Shown: positions 53,627 through 64,000 of the stretch, in pieces
How the letters are laid out: every line of letters begins with the position of its first letter
How positions within the stretch are numbered: the first letter of the stretch is position 1
DNA from: Eledone cirrhosa
Taxonomy: Eukaryota
Direction: 5' to 3'
NCBI GenBank assembly: GCA_964016885.1
Contig: OZ024740.1
Coordinates: 334,490,001 to 334,554,000, forward strand
DNA: 64,000 nucleotides
The notes under the pieces: generated by a model
Database searches by the model: none
What the model was told of the DNA's origin: nothing
Seen by the model: only the letters and a program-made list of their open reading frames with translations
Translations under genes and position numbers: made by a program

Positions 53627-54180
53627 AACATACACAAACATGCCCATATGCAGGTACATGTGAACGCACGTACACACAGCGATATGCATACACACGAACG
53701 GACACTCATACAAATACATACAAACATGTACTCATAAATATACACAAGCACATAAAAACACCTCTACAAGCAGAAAATGCAGATAGGTAAGAGAGCTTTA
53801 AAGAATTAACTTTTAAAGAATTTCCCTTTACTTTAAATCCATCAGCCATGAGCGACCCCCAACCATCTTATAACCACCTGAAATATAGGCTTATTAGCTT
53901 AAGAGAAACTTAAAAATAAGGAGTGGCACACCATTCTGGACTTGTTTATAGAATTATTTCTGCCTTTGTCACTCTAAATATAAATTAAAGCCTTAAAGAA
54001 TTGGCTTTTAATGAATACCCTTTTCTTTCAACCAATGACCTCCATCCATCCCAATTCCCACCCTCTCCCACCACCTGAAAAGATATAAATACCACAACAT
54101 TTATTAGTGGAAAGCCAGATTCCTAATGATTTCTAAAGAATAAAACAGTTCTAGTCCTGTAGAATCTCATCTATATTAAA
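53620..54180. mobile_element. Diverged PLE-A-family fragment: 3' UTR piece (minus) joined to an inverted pseudo-LTR (plus) with a decayed HHR at 54117-54167
   Basis: 53730-53790 resembles 9045-9120; 53795-54180 resembles 16190-16560; core mutated to CTAATGA/TAAAAC. Confidence 0.7.
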
Positions 54181-54349
54181 AAAAAAAATGTTGTTAAATA
54201 TATATATATATAGTTCTGTTCGCATGCCAACACAGGAGAAAGAATGAAGGCTTCATTCTACTGACATGGCTATAAAATTGAGTCTTGTTTGGATAATTGC
54301 AAAGGAATCGAATATTATTATTAATATTCGAAACCTCAGATTACATACA

Positions 54350-54399
<50 letters not shown>

Positions 54400-54419
54400 A
54401 TGTATAATTATATATATAT

Positions 54420-54481
<62 letters not shown>

Positions 54482-54567
54482 GAGAGAATTGGGAGTGTGT
54501 AACACTCCACTTATCAAATAGGCAGTATATGGTTAGCTCAATGTCAGAGGACAGAGCCGTAATACAA

Positions 54568-56293
54568 TTAACAACAAAGAGCGCTTAGAACATAGGTATA
54601 TCTTTAATTGCTAACAGTGTTTCGTCCACACTAGAAGTGGGACTCTTCAGAGCATAAAGAGTAAATACAAAGTATACAAGCATTGACAAAGCCAAAACAG
54701 AAGAATATATGTGGGGATACCATAAGTTGGGAGGAGTTTAAGGAGTAAAGTAAAAGGAGCAAAATAAGAGGAGTAAAATAAGAGGAGTAAAATAAAATAA
54801 ACATAAAAATAAGAATAAGATTAAGAATAAAAAAAGAATAAGATTAAGAATAAAAATAATAATAAAAATAATAATACTATTAATAATAAAAATAAAAATA
54901 AAAATAAAAATAAAAATAAAAATAAAAATAAAAATAAAAAATAAAAATAAAAATAAAAATAAAAATATGAAAAATGAAAAATGAAAAATGAAAAATGAAA
55001 AATAATAAAAAATAATAAAAAATAATAGATAATAAAAAATAAAAAATAAAAAATAAAAAATAAAAAATAAAAAATAAAAAATAAAAAATAAAAAATAAAT
55101 AAAAAATAAAAAATAAAAAATAAAAAATAAAAAATAAAAAATAAAAAATAAAAAATAAAAAATAAAAAATAAAAAATAAAAAATAAAAAATAAAAAATAA
55201 AAAATAAAAAATAAAAAATAAAAAATAAAAAATAAAAAATAAAAAATAAAAAATAAAAAATAAAAAATAAAAAATAAAAAATAAAAAATAAAAAAAAAAA
55301 AATAAAAAAAAAATAAAAAATAAAAAAAAAAAAATAAAAAATAAAAAAAAAAAAAAAAATAAAAAATAAAAAAAAAAATAAAAAATAAAAAATAAAAAAA
55401 AAAAAATAAAAAATAAAAAATAAAAAATAAAAAATAAAAAATAAAAAATAAAAAATAAAAAATAAAAAATAAAAAATAAAAAATAAAAAATAAAAAATAA
55501 AAAATAAAAAATAAAAAATAAAAAATAAAAAATTAATAAATAAAAAATAAATAATAAAAAAATAAGAGATGTTATCACTCACAGTTGGGCAGGGTTACGT
55601 TAACATAGCTACATACAATTATATGCATAAGCATGAGCACCCGCATGCACCTACACACAAGCACCCGTATGCAACACATACAGTATACACTAATACAAAT
55701 AACATATCATATACGGATGGGCACAAGTTAAGAGGTAGAGATAGATAAAAAATAGATAAGAGGTAGATAAAAAATAGATAAGAGGTAGATAAAAATAGAT
55801 AAGAAGTAGATAAAAAAATAGATAAAAAATAAATAAAAATTAGATAAGAAATAGATAAAAAATAGATTAAAAATAGCTAAAAAATAGCTAAAAAATAGAT
55901 TAAAAAATAGATAAGAAATAGATAAAAATAGCTAAAAAATCGATGAAAGCTAAATAGTAAAAAAATAATAAAAAATTATAAATAAATAATAAATACTAAA
56001 AAATAAAAAATATGATAAAATAAAATAAAATAAAATAAAATAAAATAAAATAAAGTAAAATAAAATAAAATAATATAATAAAAGGTAAATTAAAATATAA
56101 GAACAACAATACACCAAAGAAAATGGAGTAAAATATACACAATAAAGGAAGGTGTGTGTAAAGATAAGACTGGCAAATGCATAAGCTATCAAGCTATGTT
56201 CAACAAAGGATAAACGTATAACACATAAAATACACAAAGATATATATACAAAAATATATATAAAAAATATATATAAAAGAGACGCATATATAA

Positions 56294-56342
<49 letters not shown>

Positions 56343-58858
56343 TATATACATATATCAGTCCAAGTAATGTATATTTATAAAGATGTAACTGGGGGTAAAA
56401 AGATGTAATAAGGGTAATCAAGATGGTAATTATTAGGGCATGTAAAATAATATTATTATAGAAATCCTAAGGTGACACTAGTGTTGACTCATGGTGATAT
56501 ATGGAATATATCAGGACACGAACGCCTTAGGTGTTGCAGTTAGCCACAGTTCAACAATAGAGTGTTCAAATGAGATTTTCCGTGAACAGATGCTATGTCC
56601 GCGATAGATTGAGTTGGCCATTACAATGCAATGGAAACATCCCAGGTTGGACAGTCTCTGAAGTTCACACTCCACAGGTGTGCATTCATAGAGTTGAGCG
56701 GTTGGGCAATCCGAAAAAGTTTACACTACAAAGTTCAATACACATACGTGCATTCACAGAGTTGAGCACTCAGGCAAGAATTAACTGGTCAACAAGGTGT
56801 ATCCATATCACAAGCAGGAGCATATGCTGGGAAGGTTGCAGGCAAATTCACATACAGCAGCACGAACATCAAGATATTTGCCAGTCTTATCTTTACCCAC
56901 ACCTTCCTTTATGGTGTATATTTTACTCCATTTTCTTTGGTGTATTGTTGTTCTTATATTTTAATTTACCTTTTATTATATTATTTTATTTTATTTTACT
57001 TTATTTTATTTTATTTTATTTTATTTTATTTTATCATATTTTTTATTTTTTAGTATTTATTATTTATTATTTATTTTTTATTATTTTTTTACTATTTATC
57101 TTTCATCGATTTTTTAGCTATTTTTATCTATTTCTTATCTATTTTTTATCTATTTTTTTTAGCTATTTTAGCTATTTTTAATCTATTTTTTTATCTATTT
57201 CTTATCTAATTTTTATTTATTTTTTATCTATTTTTTATCTATTTTTTATCTACTTCTTATCTATTTTTTATCTACCTCTTATCTATTTTTTATCTATCTC
57301 TACCTCTTAACTTGTGCCCATCCGTATATGATGTTATTTGTATTAGTGTATACTGTATGTGTTGCATACGGGTGCTTGTGTGTAGGTGCATGCGGGTGCT
57401 CATGCTTATGCATATAATTGTATGTAGCTATATGTTAACGTAACCCTGCCCAACTGTGAGTGATAACATCTCTTATTTTTTATTATTTATTTTTTATTTA
57501 TTATTTATTTTTTATTTTTTATTTTTTATTTTTTATTTTTTATTTTTTATTTTTTATTTTTTATTTTTTATTTTTTATTTTTTATTTTATTTTTTATTTT
57601 TTATTTTTTATTTTTTATTTTTTTATTTTTTATTTTTTATTTTTTATTTTTATTTTTTTTTTATTTTTTTTTTATTTTTTTTTTTATTTTTTTTTTTATT
57701 TTTTTATTTTTTTTTTATTATTTATTTTTTTTATTTATTATTTATTTATTATCTATTATTTTTTATTATTTTTTATTTATTATTTTTCATTTTTCATTTT
57801 TCATTTTAAAAAATAAAAAATAAAAAATAAAAAATAAAAAATAAAAAATAAAAAATAAAAAATAAAAAATAAAAAATAAAAAATAAAAAATAAAAAATAA
57901 AAAATAAAAAATAAAAAATAAAAAATAAAAAATAAAAAATAAAAAATAAAAAATAAAAAATAAAAAATAAAAAATAAAAAATAAAAAATAAAAAATAAAA
58001 AATAAAAAATAAAAAATAAAAAATAAAAAATAAAAAATAAAAAATAAAAAATAAAAAATAAAAAATAAAAAATAAAAAATAAAAAATTAATAAATAAAAA
58101 ATAAATAATAAAAAAATAAGAGATGTTATCACTCACAGTTGGGCAGGGTTACGTTAACATAGCTACATACAATTATATGCATAAGCATGAGCACCCGCAT
58201 GCACCTACACACAAGCACCCGTATGCAACACATACAGTATACACTAATACAAATAACATATCATATACGGATGGGCACAAGTTAAGAGGTAGAGATAGAT
58301 AAAAAATAGATAAGAGGTAGATAAAAAATAGATAAGAGGTAGATAAAAATAGATAAGAAGTAGATAAAAAATAGATAAAAAATAGATAAAAAATAAATAA
58401 AAATTAGATAAGAAATAGATAAAAAAATAGATTAAAAATAGCTAAAAAATAGCTAAAAAATAGATTAAAAAATAGATAAGAAATAGATAAAAATAGCTAA
58501 AAAATCGATGAAAGCTAAATAGTAAAAAAATAATAAAAAATTATAAATAAATAATAAATACTAAAAAATAAAAAATATGATAAAATAAAATAAAATAAAA
58601 TAAAATAAAATAAAATAAAGTAAAATAAAATAAAATAATATAATAAAAGGTAAATTAAAATATAAGAACAACAATACACCAAAGAAAATGGAGTAAAATA
58701 TACACAATAAAGGAAGGTGTGTGTAAAGATAAGACTGGCAAATGCATAAGCTATCAAGCTATGTTCAACAAAGGATAAACGTATAACACATAAAATACAC
58801 AAAGATATATATACAAAAATATATATAAAAAATATATATAAAAGAGACGCATATATAA

Positions 58859-58913
<55 letters not shown>

Positions 58914-60810
58914 TATATACATATATCAGTCCAAGTAATGTATATTTATAAAGATGTAACTGGGGGTAAAAAGATGTAATAAGGGTAATCAAGATGGTAA
59001 TTATTAGGGCATGTAAAATAATATTATTATAGAAATCCTAAGGTGACACTAGTGTTGACTCATGGTGATATATGGAATATATCAGGACACGAACGCCTTA
59101 GGTGTTGCAGTTAGCCACAGTTCAACAATAGAGTGTTCAAATGAGATTTTCCGTGAACAGATGATATGTCCGCGATAGATTGAGTTGGCCATTACAATGC
59201 AATGGAAACATCCCAGGTTGGACAGTCTCTGAAGTTCACACTCCACAGGTGTGCATTCATAGAGTTGAGCGGTTGGGCAATCCGAAAAAGTTTACACTAC
59301 AAAGTTCAATACACATACGTGCATTCACAGAGTTGAGCACTCAGGCAAGAATTAACTGGTCAACAAGGTGTATCCATATCACAAGCAGGAGCATATGCTG
59401 GGAAGGTTGCAGGCAAATTCACATACAGCAGCACGAACATCAAGATATTTGCCAGTCTTATCTTTACCCACACCTTCCTTTATGGTGTATATTTTACTCC
59501 ATTTTCTTTGGTGTATTGTTGTTCTTATATTTTAATTTACCTTTTATTATATTATTTTATTTTATTTTACTTTATTTTATTTTATTTTATTTTATTTTAT
59601 TTTATCATATTTTTTATTTTTTAGTATTTATTATTTATTATTTATTTTTTATTATTTTTTTACTATTTATCTTTCATCGATTTTTTAGCTATTTTTATCT
59701 ATTTCTTATCTATTTTTTATCTATTTTTTTAGCTATTTTAGCTATTTTGAATCTATTTTTTTATCTATTTCTTATCTAATTTTTATTTATTTTTTATCTA
59801 TTTTTTATCTATTTTTTATCTACTTCTTATCTATTTTTTATCTACCTCTTATCTATTTTTTATCTATCTCTACCTCTTAACTTGTGCCCATCCGTATATG
59901 ATGTTATTTGTATTAGTGTATACTGTATGTGTTGCATACGGGTGCTTGTGTGTAGGTGCATGCGGGTGCTCATGCTTATGCATATAATTGTATGTAGCTA
60001 TATGTTAACGTAACCCTGCCCAACTGTGAGTGATAACATCTCTTATTTTTTATTATTTATTTTTTATTTATTATTTATTTTTTATTTTTTATTTTTTATT
60101 TTTTATTTTTTATTTTTTATTTTTTATTTTTTATTTTTTATTTTTTATTTTTTATTTTTTATTTTTTATTTTTTATTTTTTATTTTTTATTTTTTATTTT
60201 TTATTTTTTATTTTTTATTTTTTATTTTTTATTTTTTATTTTTTATTTTTTATTTTTTATTTTTTATTTTTTATTTTTTATTTTTTATTTTTATTTTTTT
60301 TTTATTTTTTTTTTTATTTATTTTTTTTATTTATTTTTTTTTTTTTTTATTTTTTTTTTATTATTTTTTTTTTTTTATTTATTATTTATTTATTATCTAT
60401 TATTTTTTATTATTTTTTATTTATTATTTTTCATTTTTCATTTTTCATTTTTCATATTTTTATTTTTATTTTTATTTTTATCTTTATTATTAATAGTATT
60501 ATTATTTTTATTATTATTTTTATTCTTAATCTTATTCTTTTTTTATTCTTAATCTTATTCTTATTTTTATGTTTATTTTATTTTACTCCTCTTATTTTAC
60601 TCCTCTTATTTTGCTCCTTTTACTTTACTCCTTAAACTCCTCCCAACTTATGGTATCCCCACATATATTCTTCTGTTTTGGCTTTGTCAATTCTTGTATA
60701 CTTTGTATTTACTCTTTATGCTCTGAAGAGTCCCACTTCTAGTGTGGACGAAACACTGTTAGCAATTAAAGATATACCTATGTTCTAAGCGCTCTTTGTT
60801 GTTAATTGTA
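54568..60810. mobile_element. ~6.2 kb nested palindrome/tandem element with terminal HHRs and internal (AAAAAAT)n arrays
   Basis: Outer arms 54568-~55000 / ~60400-60810 are inverted; the inner arm-spacer-arm block is duplicated with a ~2570 bp period. Confidence 0.8.
60719..60764 (+). ncRNA. Type I hammerhead (mirror copy 54609-54654, minus)
   Basis: TGCT-CTGAAGA-GTCCCAC ttcta GTGTGGAC-GAAA-CACTG-TT-AGCA. Confidence 0.82.
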
Positions 60811-60909
60811 TATATATATATATATATATAGTACTTATATATATATAGTACATATATATATATATATATAAATAAAAATAGAGAAATTAATGTGAGCAAG
60901 AAGCCAAAA

Positions 60910-60973
<64 letters not shown>

Positions 60974-61086
60974 GTTTGTATATGTATAATAAAGCCAAAA
61001 CAATGCAGGTATGGACATAGAATAAAGAATGCAAATGCAAAAGTTATTGTTGACAATTAGTCTTTTACCTTAGATTTATTTAAATG

Positions 61087-61123
61087 TCCTTAATTTTCGA
61101 GATAATTTCTCTTCTTCAGAGGG
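61087..61123 (-). ncRNA. Ultra-minimal hammerhead downstream of PLE C
   Basis: Reverse complement CCT-CTGAAGA-AGAG aaatta TCTC-GAAA-AT-TA-AGG; stem III possible only as a dimer. Confidence 0.55.
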
Positions 61124-61445
61124 AAGTAAAGCTGTTAATGCAGTGTTCTAAATAGCTTGCCAAGTCATACTGACAGGAAATGGTATAGAGTATCTGTTCT
61201 ATCTCTAGTGTCAAAGAGTTAAGATTAGGTGGATAAAGAGTAGTCTCCCTTTAAAAGGGATTTGTTTTTGTTTTTTGTACATGCCTGTTTAAGTGTGTGG
61301 GAGAATGCATGAAGGTGTAAGTATGTGATTGTGTGTGTGTGAGTGTGAGAAGATATGTCTATACGTAAATGTGGGGTATAGATGTTATCTCGTGTTAGAA
61401 TTGGTTTTGTGTGTGTATGTGTGAGAGAGAATAAGTTTAGGTGTA

Positions 61446-61482
<37 letters not shown>

Positions 61483-61534
61483 GTGCGTGTGTGTAAATAT
61501 GGGGCTAGAAGCTCTATCAAGTTATAAATTGGGT

Positions 61535-62540
61535 GTTGAGTTCTAGTCTATTATTGATTGGTGGTTGTGTTTTGTCTATAATTAGTGCTTCCTTAATTCT
61601 AAGATTGCCGAGGTTTCTTTCCTTAGTTTATATCCTAACTGTTATGGTTTTGTCGGTGCTTTTGCATTTAACTAGGTGTTACTTAAATGAGGAAGCGTTA
61701 GTATTGAGGTGTTCTTTTATTCTTATGTGGAGTGGTCTGGTGGTGCTACCTACGTAGAAGTTGTTGCATTTGTCACACTCTAGTCTGTATACGACGTAAG
61801 CCTGGTGGCATAGGTCTGTGTCGTTGATGGGGCAGTTGGCTAGTCTGCAGCAGTTGTCATGTCTGGTGGAGTGTCTTTTGGTTAGCTGTCCGCGTAGAGA
61901 AGGACCTGAGTGGGCCAGTTGGATATCTAGTCCCTCTCGTCTGATAGCTCTGAGGATGGCTGTTGTTGTTTCTTCACTGAAGTGTGGGAGCTTCAGGAAG
62001 CAAGTGTTAGTGCCTCGGATGTGGTGTCCTCTGTTCTTTCTGGCACGGTTTGTGGTGGATGTCGTGTATCCGTTCAGTTTGAGTATTTACAGGAAATGTG
62101 TGGTGTGTGTGTCTCGGTCTCTAGCATCGGTGCATTTGTTCCGGATACGTGTCAGTTCGTTCCTTATGTATCCGAACTTAGCGCCGGCTGGGAGGGCCGA
62201 TCTGAAATGTACGAACAGGTCCCTGCTGCCGGCTCTTTTATAGAAGCAGGTGTGGATGCTGCCTTCCTCTGTTACCCTGGGTTGGAAGTCCAGTAGGGAT
62301 AGGGATCCGCGGTTATCGGGGTGTTCCATGCTGAACTTTATACTGGCGTCCAAGCTGGAGAATGTTGTGTATATTTTATCTGCCTCCTCACGGGATGATG
62401 TAAGGATGAGTATGTCATCTACATATCAGGTGAAGAAGGTATGGGAATGGCAGGTGTTGAGGGCTCGGCATTCTAGCTGGTACATGTAGGTGATGGCCAG
62501 CGGGCCCGATAGGCTGGATCGCATGGGTAATCCTGTTGTC
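61535..62540 (-). pseudogene. Penelope-like element C (different clade from A/B/D): RT C-half + GIY-YIG, degraded
   Basis: GLPMRSSLSGPLA, YVDDILIL, IKFSME...LSLLD, FYKR; VVYRLECDKCNNFYVGSTTRPLHIRIKEH...KEALII...PINN; in-frame stops. Confidence 0.85.
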
Positions 62541-62559
62541 ACCACACATACAGACAGAC

Positions 62560-63355
62560 AACGCAGTAGGCAGTGATTTTTTCAATGGCTTGGAACATAG
62601 TTCACGCTTTGCTTTTTTCCATCCACTGAATTAGTTTTGTATAAGTTCCCTGTGTCCACGCATTGCCTGGAAACTTAGCTGAGAATAGACTTCCCTGATG
62701 ACGAAAGGCTTCTCCGTACGTTTCTTCGGAAACTATGTATATTCCCTTTCAGAAACTAATTAGTTGGAGTGAAATTTTAGTAAGTAAGTTAATTTTTATA
62801 ATTTTCTTATTTTACGTCTTTCATATTATTGTTCTGCATCCCCATGCATTGAACCACAAAGTTACTAAGACAAAACCTATATATTTGCTAGCATAGGTAT
62901 GCATCTGTATATATATGTTAGTAGATATACTAATTCTTTATAATTATCTCCAAATTATTTTGTCGAACCAAAATTGGCCAAAACTCCTATTATAGTTCAT
63001 AGTAAGGGTTCGGCTGCTGTCTTCTTAACAAACCACTCCTCAATGATTAAACTTGATGTCACGTGATTGATTCTTTTGAATTTGCCACCGACGTAGTAGG
63101 CAGTGATTTTTTCAATGGCTTGGAACTTAGTCCACGCTTTGCTTTTTTCCATCCACTGAATTAGTTTTGTATAAGTTCCCTGTGTCCACGCATTGCCTGG
63201 AAACTTAGCTGAGAGTAGACTTACCTGATGAAGAAAAGCTTCTCCGTACGTTTCTTCGGAAACTATGTTTATTCCCTTTCAGAAACTAATTATCTGGAGT
63301 GAAATTTTAGTAAGTAAGTTAATTTTTATAATTTTCTTATTTTACGTTTTTCATA
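62560..63355 (+). mobile_element. Tandem ~530 bp HHR units (family of 22499-23432); HHRs at 62689-62770 and 63219-63300 (decayed)
   Basis: CTGATGA-CGAAAGG...CCTTTCA-GAAA-CTAATTAG-TT-GGAGT; repeat offset ~530. Confidence 0.82.
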
Positions 63356-63886
63356 TATATATATATATATATATATAGATAATTTAATATATCAACTAAC
63401 ATAGGCGCACAGATGTACGTCCATGCCAGCAAATACACAGGTTATGTCATAGTACCTAGGTGGTTCAATGCAGGAGGGTGCAGAACAATAATATAAAAGA
63501 CGTAAAATAATAAAATATTATTTTTTTTTTTAATTTAAAAAAACTTTTTTACTTACTTACTTAAATTTTCACTCCAACTAATTAGTTTCTGCAATGGGAT
63601 AAAGACAGTTACATAATCCAACTGTCGAGAATTCATTGCGTCATCAGGGAGTCTATTCTCAACTGAGCCTCCAGGCAATGCGCGGACACTGGCGGCTCAT
63701 ATAAAAATAATAATTCGGTAGAAAGAACAGCTAGGCGAGGACTGGATTCTATGTACTTTGACTGGAAGCAGTGAGAATTTCAGTACATAGAATCCAGTCC
63801 TCGCCTAGCTGTTCTTTCTACCGAATTATTATTTTTATATGAGCCGCCAGTGTCCGCGCATTGCCTGGAGGCTCAGCTGAGAATAG

Positions 63887-63968
63887 ACTCCCTGATGACG
63901 CAATGAATTCTCGACAGTTGGATTATGTAACTGTCTTTATCCCATTGCAGAAACTAATTAGTTGGAGT
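63887..63968 (+). ncRNA. Hammerhead subfamily with covaried stem II, in a fold-back centred near 63772 (mirror 63571-63652)
   Basis: ACTCC-CTGATGA-CGCAATG...GACAGTT...AACTGTC...CATTGCA-GAAA-CTAATTAG-TT-GGAGT. Confidence 0.88.
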
Positions 63969-64000
63969 GAAAATTTAAGTAAGTAAGTAAAAAATGTTTT

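Noticed and set aside
54821-60635. FYFLFFI-repeat ORFs resembling membrane proteins
   Set aside because: Translation of the (TTTTTTA)n heptamer array

Overview
AT-rich eukaryotic repeat DNA with no recognisable host gene. The (TA)n/(CA)n-saturated style resembles cephalopod (octopus-like) genomes, which is an inference. Almost every unique-sequence island between (TA)n tracts is a retroelement or a piece of one. The coding content is one apparently intact Penelope-like element (PLE; RT plus C-terminal GIY-YIG, 9217-11358, minus strand) with pseudo-LTRs and a large inverted partial copy, four further degraded PLE coding fragments, and decayed CR1/L2-, Tx1/L1- and CRE-like LINEs. The main signal missed by the ORF track is a very dense set of type I hammerhead ribozymes (HHRs). 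By manual reading there are about 16 sequence families and about 30 full or partial copies. They sit in PLE pseudo-LTRs, in non-coding tandem (retrozyme-like) units and in fold-back hairpin modules inserted in (TA)n. They include two families with the compensatory U3:A8 core, several with long covarying stem II insertions, and a recurrent non-canonical first pair of stem II. All structures were read by eye. No folding, alignment or database search was run.
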